The position numbers were made by a program, and so were the translations under genes. A stretch of 64,000 nt of DNA, taken from positions 6,278 through 70,277 of the forward strand of contig JAFSNR010000039.1 in the NCBI GenBank assembly GCA_017443345.1. The letters are read 5' to 3'. Below are positions 27,685-36,278 of this stretch, one piece after another (position 1 is the first letter of the stretch; the number at the start of each line of letters is the position of its first letter). The notes below the pieces were generated by a model. The model searched no databases and was not told the origin of the DNA. It saw only the letters and a list, made by a program, of their open reading frames with translations. Source of the stretch: Prevotella sp. GTDB lineage: Bacteria > Bacteroidota > Bacteroidia > Bacteroidales > Bacteroidaceae.

Positions 27685-28770
27685 TAGAATAGAGTGTCCT
27701 TGTCCCAGGTGGTCATGGATCTGCTCGATCTCCAGACCAGCCTCACGGATACAAGCCTCCATATCCTCAGTGTTGTACATCTTCGAATTGCCATTGGCTA
27801 TGGCCGTGAAATACAGGCTTGTCATCGTCAGGCAGAAAGCCGCTGGTTCGAAGCGCTGACGATCCCACAACGTTTCCATGATGTAGATACGTGTATCCTT
27901 GGTCATCGCCTCTTTGGCACGCTTCAGGATACCCACGATCTCCTCCATCGAGAAACAGTCGAGGAACTGACTCATCCAGATGGCGTCCAATCCCCCTTCA
28001 CGTTTGGGGAAGAATGCCTGAGGATCGAGCAGGTTAATGCCATAGCCACTGATGCGCTCTGCGCCTGGCTTAGCCTTGACGTTCTCTTGCATCATACCAA
28101 TCTGCTGGGGCAGGTCGAGGATGGTGACCTCTACCTCGTCATTATAGCCCACGCATTGCAGGGCCCATTTACCTGTATTGCCGCCAACGTCGTAGAGTGA
28201 CTTGACATGGTGCTCGTCGAAGATGATTTTCAGGGCCTCGGGGAAGGATGAGTCGCTGTAGAAATGGTCGAAACCAAACCAGCTCTTCTGTACCTGTGGG
28301 GGCAGACTTGACAGTCCTTCGTACACCGTAGGCCAGGGGCCGAAGTGCTTCAGTCCCTCAGGCTTGCCATTTTTCAACGCCTCCTCCAGATGGAACCATC
28401 CTTCATAGTTCACATCGTGGTTGAAGTCGATGTTAACTCGCGTGGCTGGATCGTTCAACAAGAACCAGCCTGTCTTTGACAGGGTGTAACGGTCGGTCTC
28501 CGTATCAGCCAAGATGGTGCCGATGCAGAGCGAAGCCTCCAACAGACACTTGACCGCATAGTCGGAGAGGCCTGTCTTTTCGCAGATCTCCTGGCGCGTC
28601 AGTCCATCGTCGGCATCGCGCAGCATGTCGAGGATGCCCCATTTCACCATCAGTCTTGACGCCTGAAAGACCACTGGTCCCCAGGCAATGAACTCTGCCA
28701 GCCTCTGAGCATCGCGGGCTGAAAGCTGTTCATCTGTATATTTTTTCTTGAGTGCGGGTGATAAATTCAT
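27664..28770 (-). CDS. Class I SAM-dependent (O/C-)methyltransferase with N-terminal winged helix
   Basis: 'YDVGGNTGKWA', 'LDLP', 'SQFLDCF'. Confidence 0.88.
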   Translation of the reverse strand: MNLSPALKKKYTDEQLSARDAQRLAEFIAWGPVVFQASRLMVKWGILDMLRDADDGLTRQEICEKTGLSDYAVKCLLEASLCIGTILADTETDRYTLSKTGWFLLNDPATRVNIDFNHDVNYEGWFHLEEALKNGKPEGLKHFGPWPTVYEGLSSLPPQVQKSWFGFDHFYSDSSFPEALKIIFDEHHVKSLYDVGGNTGKWALQCVGYNDEVEVTILDLPQQIGMMQENVKAKPGAERISGYGINLLDPQAFFPKREGGLDAIWMSQFLDCFSMEEIVGILKRAKEAMTKDTRIYIMETLWDRQRFEPAAFCLTMTSLYFTAIANGNSKMYNTEDMEACIREAGLEIEQIHDHLGQGHSILVVKSEK

Positions 28771-28778
28771 GATCGTTC

Positions 28779-29381
28779 TTACTTCTTGATGTCCTCCAGA
28801 AGGTCCTTGGCCAGACTCTTGTGGAACATCTTCATACGACGGGTAAAGTTAGGCACCTTGAAGTCCATGGTTCTTGATGATGCACCTCTGTAATCGATGA
28901 GATAAACCTTGCAGACGGTCTTGCCGCTGGCATCCAGGATGGTGAGGTCGCCGCTGATGATGATACCACCATCACGCTTGCTCATACTCCAGTAGGCTGC
29001 TCCGGAATTACCCGTGCTGAACTTTGATGCCTTGATAATGATGCGGTAGTCAGCCTGGTCACCATCAACCACCTTCAGGTTCTTTTTCTTCTCCTCGTTC
29101 CAACGCTTTGTAAAGAATTCCTTGGCATCTGCCATGTGGGAATCCCACTTATCGAATTCCTTCGGATCTTCTTCCTGCAGCCATTTCTTCAGGGTTCTGC
29201 CACTCTTCTCCTTGTCCTGGATGGTGGCATCCAGATAGTCAAACTCCACAGTAGCAGTCTTACCAGGTTGGCGAACCACATCAACGAAGCTGCCTTCTAC
29301 TACCTTAAACTCATCGTCGTCTGCGAACGCAGCCGTTACTGCAAACACGGCCATCATGGCCATCATTAACATTCTCTTCAT
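28779..29381 (-). CDS. Exported hypothetical protein
   Basis: Signal peptide MKRMLMMAMMAVFAVTAAFA; 200 aa ORF within the operon. Confidence 0.7.
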   Translation of the reverse strand: MKRMLMMAMMAVFAVTAAFADDDEFKVVEGSFVDVVRQPGKTATVEFDYLDATIQDKEKSGRTLKKWLQEEDPKEFDKWDSHMADAKEFFTKRWNEEKKKNLKVVDGDQADYRIIIKASKFSTGNSGAAYWSMSKRDGGIIISGDLTILDASGKTVCKVYLIDYRGASSRTMDFKVPNFTRRMKMFHKSLAKDLLEDIKK

Positions 29382-29409
29382 AACTGTTTCGTCTTTTGTG
29401 TTAAACTTA

Positions 29410-30291
29410 TCATTCTTCAGTGTCGTCTATCCAAAGATTGGCATAATTAAACCACTGCAGTGGATAAAGATCCAGAAGTCTTTCTATCTCTTTGGTATAA
29501 GCATCTGCCAGTTGTTGCCTTTGCTGGCTTTTTGGCAAAGACTTATCATAATATAAGGGTGTGAAATAAGCGCTATAGACATCATCGCTTTCTTTCATCG
29601 CACTGACCATAAACACAAAAGTCCCTTTCGTCACAGCCAAGGAGAAGGGGCCTCGTGCCAGATTGACTTTTTTCCCATGGATCGTGGAAATCACCACCTT
29701 ATTAATATTAAAGAGTCTGTCAGCAAAGGCACTGACAATCTCTCCATGGTCCAAAGCTTCAACGATTTTCTCGCTATCAGTCGTTCCGGAGCCCACGGAA
29801 ATCATCTGAATATTCATGGCTCCAAATGAGGATTTACGATAATCCATCAGATTCTGTTTCTCGCCACCATAGACAAGCACATTACAGGGCTTGGATAATG
29901 GAAGAGAATATCCCAGGATCTCACTACATCCTATATGGGCATTCAGCTGAAAGAAAGATTCCGGACTTGCCATTTTCTCCTGATAGAGCTCCAGACCGTG
30001 ATAATGGATGACGAATTTATGTCCTGCATACATGGCAAACTTATCTATGACAGTCTGACCAAATAGACAATGGTTCAAATAGGTATCCTTGATGGATTTG
30101 AATCTGCCATATCCTCTTTTCTCGCGGAAATAATGATAGGTCAGACGTGCCCCTGGACTCAGAACCAGCGTCACAGGGATCACAAAGATATACATAAAAA
30201 CATAGAAGAACTTGAAGCTGATATGCTTCAGCAAGTATATCAGCAACCTATGCATGCCTGCACTTCCGTATGTTCTCCCTAGATAGCCCAT
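29410..30291 (-). CDS. LpxL-like acyltransferase 2
   Basis: 'NHCLFGQTVIDKFAMYAG' (shared with paralog 1), 'NAHIGCSEILG', 'FADR', 'PLQWFNY'. Confidence 0.8.
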   Translation of the reverse strand: MGYLGRTYGSAGMHRLLIYLLKHISFKFFYVFMYIFVIPVTLVLSPGARLTYHYFREKRGYGRFKSIKDTYLNHCLFGQTVIDKFAMYAGHKFVIHYHGLELYQEKMASPESFFQLNAHIGCSEILGYSLPLSKPCNVLVYGGEKQNLMDYRKSSFGAMNIQMISVGSGTTDSEKIVEALDHGEIVSAFADRLFNINKVVISTIHGKKVNLARGPFSLAVTKGTFVFMVSAMKESDDVYSAYFTPLYYDKSLPKSQQRQQLADAYTKEIERLLDLYPLQWFNYANLWIDDTEE

Positions 30292-31502
30292 TTCTTAAGC
30301 ACCAATGCCGAATTTGTGCCGCCAAAGCCGAATGAGTTGCTTAATACGACATTTACCTCGGTCTCAACAGTCTTAGCAGTTATATTTAAAGGCTCTGAAT
30401 ATTCATCGGGGTTCTCAAAGTTGATATTCGGGGCCACAAAATTATTCTGCATCATAATCATACTATAGACAGCCTCTGAGGCACCTGCCATCCAACATTC
30501 ATGTCCAGTCATGGACTTGGTGCTGGAGATCAAGGCGCGTTGGCCTCTGAGCAACCTGTCGAGTGCCTTGGCTTCATACATATCACCCTGATGGGTTGAA
30601 GTGGCATGAGCATTGACATAATCAATGTCCTTGATATCAATACCGGCATCCTTGATGGCCCTTGACATGGCTATAAAGCTTCCTTCGTCACTTGGCTCGG
30701 AGATGCCACCTCCGTTGCTGGAGAAGCCATAGCCACATACTTCGGCAAAGATGGTTGCTCCCCTCTTCATGGCATGATCATAATCCTCGAGAATCAAGGC
30801 GGCAGCTCCACCACTGGGCACTAAACCGTCACGGTCGCAATCGAAGGGGCGCGATGCTTTTGTGGGTTCGTCCATACGGATAGAGAATGCATTCAGGGCA
30901 TCAAAAGATGACATGGAAAACTTATTGACCTCCTGAGCACCACCACAAAGGATCATATCTTGTAAACCTTGTTTGATCAGCAAATAGCCAAGACCTATGG
31001 AGTGAGAACCACTTGCACAGGCTGAACTGACAGTGAAATTCACGCCACGAAGATGGAATATGGTATTCATATTCATGTTAACCGTGGAATTCATGCCCTG
31101 GAAGATCAAACCAGAACCGATCATCGCGGAATCATGCTTCTCGCTCATGATGTTGGCAGTCTCGACAACAGCACTGGCAGAGGAGTCATTTCCAAAAATC
31201 ACACCAACTTCATTCGCTAACAGATAAGCATCATCAACACCCGCCATCTGGAATGCGTCTTTACTGGCCATGAAAGCATATTCTGCCTCTTCAGACAGTC
31301 CCATGCGCGTACGACGATCCAAGACGCCCTTCAACTGCGGACGTTTGACCATACCCGTCAAACCAGAACGGAAGCCATAATCCAACCTGTCTTGGTCTAA
31401 ACCTATTCCAGAGATTCCATGATAGAGTGAATTCTTAACTTCTTCAACACTTGTTCCGAGGCATGACCAAATGCCTATACCCGTAATAACAACTCTTCCC
31501 AT
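30279..31502 (-). CDS. fabF: Beta-ketoacyl-ACP synthase II (FabF-like, cluster copy)
   Basis: 'SSACASGSHSIG', 'NAHATST', 'KSMTGHECWMAG', 'SNSFGFGG'. Confidence 0.9.
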   Translation of the reverse strand: MGRVVITGIGIWSCLGTSVEEVKNSLYHGISGIGLDQDRLDYGFRSGLTGMVKRPQLKGVLDRRTRMGLSEEAEYAFMASKDAFQMAGVDDAYLLANEVGVIFGNDSSASAVVETANIMSEKHDSAMIGSGLIFQGMNSTVNMNMNTIFHLRGVNFTVSSACASGSHSIGLGYLLIKQGLQDMILCGGAQEVNKFSMSSFDALNAFSIRMDEPTKASRPFDCDRDGLVPSGGAAALILEDYDHAMKRGATIFAEVCGYGFSSNGGGISEPSDEGSFIAMSRAIKDAGIDIKDIDYVNAHATSTHQGDMYEAKALDRLLRGQRALISSTKSMTGHECWMAGASEAVYSMIMMQNNFVAPNINFENPDEYSEPLNITAKTVETEVNVVLSNSFGFGGTNSALVLKKWAI

Positions 31503-31506
31503 AATA

Positions 31507-31548
31507 CTCTAACCTCTAACCACTAACTACTAACCACTAACCACTAAG
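31507..31548 (-). repeat. 6 heptamers (mRNA GTTAG(T/A)G) at the fabG-fabF junction
   Basis: Plus strand CTCTAAC x2, CACTAAC, TACTAAC, CACTAAC, CACTAAG. Confidence 0.92.
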
Positions 31549-32275
31549 TATAAAGTCCTCCATTGATGGAGATAACCTCTCCTGTGATATACGATGCTGC
31601 ATCTGAGAGGAGGAACTTCACTAATGCAGCAACCTCCTCAGGCTTACCAAAACGTTTCATCGGGATCATCTGCTTCAACTCATCCTGAGGAAGTTCCTTT
31701 GTCATGTCCGTATCGATGAAACCAGGCGCAACGGCATTAACCGTGACATTCCTGGCTGCCACCTCCAGTGCGAGTGCTTTGGTGGCGCCTATAAGTGCAG
31801 CCTTGGCAGCGCTATAGTTCACCTGTCCCTGCATGCCTTTTAATCCTGACAGTGAGGCCATGTTGACGATATGTCCGCCATGCTTACGCTTCATCATGTT
31901 GGGTAACAATTTCCGTGTAACGTAGAAAAAGCCATCCAATGAAGTGTTTATGACAGAATGCCAATCAGCATCGGGCATCATGAACATGACATTGTCACGA
32001 CGGATGCCGGCATTATTGACAAGGTAGGCGATATAGTCATCAAGATGACTCTCCTCCCATGCTTCAAGGGCATTTTCAACTTCACTTTGGTTGCTGACAT
32101 CAAATTTCATGAGTTCAGCATGTCCACCATTTGCTTCAATAGCGGCTTTGACTTCTTCCGCTGCAGTCTCATTAGACTGGAAATTGATGATAACGGGGAT
32201 TCCCATGCCGGCTATTTCAAGACAAACAGCCTTTCCTAATCCACGGGATCCTCCTGTAACAAGAGCATATTTCAT
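31544..32275 (-). CDS. fabG: 3-oxoacyl-ACP reductase (cluster copy)
   Basis: 'TGGSRGLG', 'VNNAG', 'NYSAAK', 'VAPGFIDTDM'. Confidence 0.93.
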   Translation of the reverse strand: MKYALVTGGSRGLGKAVCLEIAGMGIPVIINFQSNETAAEEVKAAIEANGGHAELMKFDVSNQSEVENALEAWEESHLDDYIAYLVNNAGIRRDNVMFMMPDADWHSVINTSLDGFFYVTRKLLPNMMKRKHGGHIVNMASLSGLKGMQGQVNYSAAKAALIGATKALALEVAARNVTVNAVAPGFIDTDMTKELPQDELKQMIPMKRFGKPEEVAALVKFLLSDAASYITGEVISINGGLYT

Positions 32276-32278
32276 AAA

Positions 32279-32306
32279 CTATAAACTGTAAACCGTAAAC
32301 TATAAT
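32279..32306 (-). repeat. 4 heptamers at the upxY-fabG junction
   Basis: Plus strand CTATAAA CTGTAAA CCGTAAA CTATAAT. Confidence 0.9.
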
Positions 32307-32307
32307 C

Positions 32308-32976
32308 TCATATTTTTTCTATAAATGCTGAAGGTATATAGGCGGTTGATATCAACCCAAATTGCGAGAGAGTGATAATGACTCTTTGCTGTCCTGATAC
32401 CCTGGCTACCTTACCCTTCACTCCTGTAAACGGACCGTCAACGACCTGAACCTCCTCACCGCTTTTGTAATGACACTGGGAGGGCTTTACAAAAAACAGA
32501 TGCTCATTCCTGGTGATGGTTGCACGGATAAAGTTTTCCATCTCTGAACAGGCGATAGTTAACGGAGGGTTCTTTTGCTGGTCATCCTGTTCGAAATGAT
32601 TATAATAATAAGAGAGGTAATTGAGAGCGGGTGTACGCTTGATATAGCCCTCAGCTTTCTCTGGTGTCGTATAGGCGAATAAGATATTTGGTATCAATGC
32701 CTTCAACATCCTCCTTCTTTTCCCGTTAACTATCCGATTTGTATACCGCTTAGCGATATACACGAACGTACCATCGTTGATCAGGAAGTCGGAAGCCTTG
32801 TCGACTCGCCCATAGGAGGCTCGGAAGACATACCATTTCTTGTTTTCGTCATGAACGTATCTTACCGACACCCCGGTTTGAACGTTCTTCGCCTCGGGGA
32901 CGATGTCAAGGGTAAACTTGACACTGGAAGGATCTAACTCTCCTCCTGGAGTTTCCACATTAGACAATGTGCTCAT
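32308..32976 (-). CDS. upxY: UpxY-family (NusG paralog) transcription antiterminator
   Basis: NGN domain 'WYVFRASYGR...LIPNILFAY...PPLTI...MENFI'; KOW 'GEEVQVVDGPFTGVKG'. Confidence 0.87.
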   Translation of the reverse strand: MSTLSNVETPGGELDPSSVKFTLDIVPEAKNVQTGVSVRYVHDENKKWYVFRASYGRVDKASDFLINDGTFVYIAKRYTNRIVNGKRRRMLKALIPNILFAYTTPEKAEGYIKRTPALNYLSYYYNHFEQDDQQKNPPLTIACSEMENFIRATITRNEHLFFVKPSQCHYKSGEEVQVVDGPFTGVKGKVARVSGQQRVIITLSQFGLISTAYIPSAFIEKI

Positions 32977-33025
32977 ATTAGCTCAAATGCACACCACATG
33001 GGTGGTTGTCATCGAGAATCGGGCG

Positions 33026-33104
33026 CAAAATTACTAATTTTATGCGAGACTAAAAAATTTGTAATAAGAAAAGTGCAAAAAATGGAAGAAAGTTCGTACC
33101 TTTG
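33026..33104. promoter_or_regulatory. Divergent -7 boxes for the long minus-strand operon and the ACP-ligase unit
   Basis: Minus strand TAATTTTG (33033-26); plus strand TACCTTTG (33097-104). No exact -33 TTTG was found for either. Confidence 0.6.
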
Positions 33105-33134
33105 CAGCCGTTTATTATATATAAGGTACGTACA

Positions 33135-33359
33135 ATGAAGGAAAAAATAAGGACCATGCTGGAGGATGCGCTGCCATTGGTGGATTTCGACTCGGACTTT
33201 CTGTTCAGCGAACTCGACTCCCTGGGGGTGACGACCATCCTGATGATGCTGTCCGACGAATTTGGTATCAAACTGGAGGCGCAGGACGCCACACCCAAGA
33301 ACCTGAAGACGCTGGATAGTATCGTGAACATGGTGGAACAGAAACTTAACCAGAAGTAA
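33135..33359 (+). CDS. Acyl/aminoacyl carrier protein
   Basis: 'SELDSLG' serine motif, 74 aa; stop overlaps the ligase start (TAATG). Confidence 0.85.
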   Translation: MKEKIRTMLEDALPLVDFDSDFLFSELDSLGVTTILMMLSDEFGIKLEAQDATPKNLKTLDSIVNMVEQKLNQK

Positions 33360-34678
33360 TGATGATCCTCGAGGACTATCTGGAGAGAAACGCCAGACTA
33401 TATCCACAGAAGACGGCTGTTGTCTGTGGGGAGAAGGTGTGTACCTACGAGGCACTCTACGAACAGGTGCTCGCAAGGACCGAGGTGCTGAAGGACCAGT
33501 ATCCTGTGGGACAGATTGTCTGTCTGAGGGCCTACCCGACCATCGACTATCTCGTGGAGTACTTTGCACTGCACCGGGCTGGCTGCGTGGCAGCACCACT
33601 GGAGCGCGACATGCCTGAGATGACCTTCCAGAAGATTGCCAGGCGACTGGGGGCTCACTCCACGCCTGAGGGTACGGCGGATATCCTCTATACCACAGGC
33701 ACGACGGGACAGTCGAAGGGAGTGATGATCAGTCATCGCACCATCATAGCTGATGCGGAGAACCTCATCGACGGTCAGGGTTTCACCCACGAGCTGGCTT
33801 TCGTGGTTAACGGCCCGTTAAACCATATCGGCAGTCTGTCGAAGATCTACCCCGTCATCATGCTAGGGGCCACACTCATCATCGTCGACGGCATGAAGGA
33901 TCTGAACAGGTTCTTCGCGGCCTTCGACTATCCGGCTGAGAAGATGGCGACCTTCCTCGTGCCTGCCAGCATCAGGATGCTGATACAGTTCAGCAGCGAG
34001 CAACTGGCGAAGATGGCCGACAAGATGGATTTTATTGAGACAGGTGCAGCTGCCATTGCACAGGCCGACATGGAGAAGCTGTGCGAGCTGCTGCCGAAGA
34101 CAAGGCTCTATAACACCTACGCCTCGACGGAGACGGGCATCATCGCCACGTATAACTACAACAACGGCAAGTGTGTGGCTGGTTGTCTGGGCAGACCGAT
34201 GAAGCACTCGAGACTCCTCATCACCGAGGGGGGACTGATTGCCTGTCAGGGGGATACGCTGATGAGTGGTTACGTGGGCGATCCTGAGCGCACGGCTACC
34301 ATCCTGAGGGACCACACGGTGTACACCTCGGACATCGGTATCGTCGATGAGGAAGGTCAGCTACACCTGAAGGGGCGCGAGGACGACGTGATCAACGTGG
34401 GCGGCTTCAAAGTGGCTCCAACGGAAGTGGAGGATGCGGCCATGGCCTACCCCATGCTAAAGGACTGCATCTGCATCGCCACCGAACATCCCATCACCGG
34501 ACGTGCCTTAAAGTTGCTCGTGGTGATGAACGACGGAGAAACGCTGAACAAACGTCAACTGGCCCTACACCTGAAGGAGCGGCTGGAGCCCTATAAGGTG
34601 CCCATGCTCTACGAACAGGTAGAGAAGGTGGCACGAACGTTCAATGGCAAGCTGAACAGGAAGCATTATAAAAGGTAA
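33359..34678 (+). CDS. Class I adenylate-forming enzyme (acyl-AMP/CoA ligase)
   Basis: 'YTTGTTGQSKG', 'YASTETG', 'TSDIG', 'GREDDVINVGG', C-terminal 'NGKL'. Confidence 0.92.
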   Translation: MMILEDYLERNARLYPQKTAVVCGEKVCTYEALYEQVLARTEVLKDQYPVGQIVCLRAYPTIDYLVEYFALHRAGCVAAPLERDMPEMTFQKIARRLGAHSTPEGTADILYTTGTTGQSKGVMISHRTIIADAENLIDGQGFTHELAFVVNGPLNHIGSLSKIYPVIMLGATLIIVDGMKDLNRFFAAFDYPAEKMATFLVPASIRMLIQFSSEQLAKMADKMDFIETGAAAIAQADMEKLCELLPKTRLYNTYASTETGIIATYNYNNGKCVAGCLGRPMKHSRLLITEGGLIACQGDTLMSGYVGDPERTATILRDHTVYTSDIGIVDEEGQLHLKGREDDVINVGGFKVAPTEVEDAAMAYPMLKDCICIATEHPITGRALKLLVVMNDGETLNKRQLALHLKERLEPYKVPMLYEQVEKVARTFNGKLNRKHYKR

Positions 34679-34681
34679 AAA

Positions 34682-36043
34682 GTGGAGGTTTCGGACTACA
34701 ATTCTTGGAGATACCGACTCATGAAGAACTATCTGAAGTTCATGCATGAGCAGTTGCTAGTGCGCCGGCGCTACACGACGGGCATGGAGAAGCTGCCCAA
34801 GAAAGGAGAACGGTACTTCATTGTCTGCAACCATCAGAACACGGCCAACGATCCGCTGAACATCGTGTTCTCACTGCCACAACGACAGCATGTCTGCGCA
34901 CTGGCAAGGGCGAACGTGTTCACCGTGAACCCTGTGTTCACACGGTTTCTCTACTGGATCGGTCTGCTGCCTGCCTTCCGCTTCGGATGGGAGGGTGCTG
35001 AAGGTCTGGAGAACAACTTCGAATCGTTCGATATCGTGGCCGAACGTATCAATGCGGGGTTTCCCGTCATCGTGTTCCCTGAGGCAGGACATACACAAGG
35101 TCACTATCTGGACCGGTTTACGACAGGTACCGTGCGCATGGCCTTCCACGCTGCCAAGAGCAACGGCTGGCAGGAGGACGTGAAGATCGTACCGACCGCC
35201 CACCATTACAGCGACTATTTCGACGTCCGTACCGATTTCCTCTGGAGCATCAGCGACCCCATATCCCTGAAGCCTTATTACAAGGAGTATCAGGAGCATC
35301 CCAACAGTGTCATGCGTAACCTGACCCAGGAAATGAGAGACTGCATCCAGCACATGATGCTCGACGAGGGTTGCGACGACTATGAGGAGAAGGATTACCT
35401 GAGACGTTCGGCCCTGAACCCCGCAACCTTGAAGCAACTGCCACTCCCAGAGCATCTGGAGGCAGACAGACAGTTCATCAGCCAACTGAACGAGAACCCC
35501 GAAAAAGCGACAATCCTCCAGTTGACGGCCAAGCTCAGGAAACTGGAGCAGAAAGCAGGTATCGACGATAGCACCGTCGCTCAAAGACCAGGATGGCTGA
35601 AGACCGGCCTCTGGATGATCCTGCTCCTGGTATTGTTGCCTTGTTGGGTGGTGAGCCTTTGGCCACATGCCATCTGCTACAGTTTGCCACCAAGACTGAT
35701 CCACGAGGATAGGATGTTTACGAACTCCTATCGTTATGTCATGTCTGTACTCCTGCTCTACCCGCTCTTCGCCCTCCTCACCCTACTGGCGATGGGTATC
35801 GGCTGGGGACTGTGGTGGCAGGCACTGGTGTGGATCCTGCTGTGGATACCATCGGGTAAATATGCCTGGTGGTATTACCAACGGCTCAGACAGACGAAAC
35901 GAGCACTTTGCTATCTCCTGAAGCCGGACTGCATCAAGGACATAGAGGGCATACGCAGGGAGATTTTGTTGAGAGTTGAGAGTTTAGAGTTTATAGACAA
36001 TAATGAAATCAAGAGAGGAATTTATCAAAGACATAACCCCTAA
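34682..36043 (+). CDS. PlsC-family acyltransferase with C-terminal TM hairpin
   Basis: 'CNHQNTAND' (HX4D), 'VFPEAGH'; GTG start. Confidence 0.85.
   Translation: MEVSDYNSWRYRLMKNYLKFMHEQLLVRRRYTTGMEKLPKKGERYFIVCNHQNTANDPLNIVFSLPQRQHVCALARANVFTVNPVFTRFLYWIGLLPAFRFGWEGAEGLENNFESFDIVAERINAGFPVIVFPEAGHTQGHYLDRFTTGTVRMAFHAAKSNGWQEDVKIVPTAHHYSDYFDVRTDFLWSISDPISLKPYYKEYQEHPNSVMRNLTQEMRDCIQHMMLDEGCDDYEEKDYLRRSALNPATLKQLPLPEHLEADRQFISQLNENPEKATILQLTAKLRKLEQKAGIDDSTVAQRPGWLKTGLWMILLLVLLPCWVVSLWPHAICYSLPPRLIHEDRMFTNSYRYVMSVLLLYPLFALLTLLAMGIGWGLWWQALVWILLWIPSGKYAWWYYQRLRQTKRALCYLLKPDCIKDIEGIRREILLRVESLEFIDNNEIKRGIYQRHNP
35969..35996 (+). repeat. 4 heptamers (TTGAGAG x2, TTTAGAG, TTTATAG) before the next ATG
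   Basis: Same mRNA-sense orientation as the minus-strand junction repeats. Confidence 0.88.
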
Positions 36044-36278
36044 GATAGCCAAGGAGTTTGAGATCGAAGAGGAGGCTATCACTGAGGATGCCAATATCTT
36101 CGAGACACTGGAACTCGACAGCATCAGTCTCATCGACCTGATGAGTCTGGTACACGTCAACTATGGCATCAAGATTGCCAAGGAGGAAATCCCGCAGATC
36201 AAGACTTTTGGAGATCTGTATGACTATGTCGCTGCTTTAGTTGTTGACGGATCTCACGCTTGCGACGCAGATAAATAA
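36003..36278 (+). CDS. Acyl carrier protein
   Basis: 'LELDSISLIDL' motif; acidic. Confidence 0.82.
   Translation: MKSREEFIKDITPKIAKEFEIEEEAITEDANIFETLELDSISLIDLMSLVHVNYGIKIAKEEIPQIKTFGDLYDYVAALVVDGSHACDADK

Noticed and set aside
30279-32275. fabF/fabG as the primary fatty-acid synthesis operon
   Set aside because: The context (CLF, second KS pair, DarAB, LpxL-like genes) and the 'GHECWMAG' motif indicate specialised cluster copies.
33009-33599. 196-aa minus-strand ORF across the divergent promoter
   Set aside because: It overlaps the ACP and ligase antisense and the promoter boxes; composition is not protein-like.
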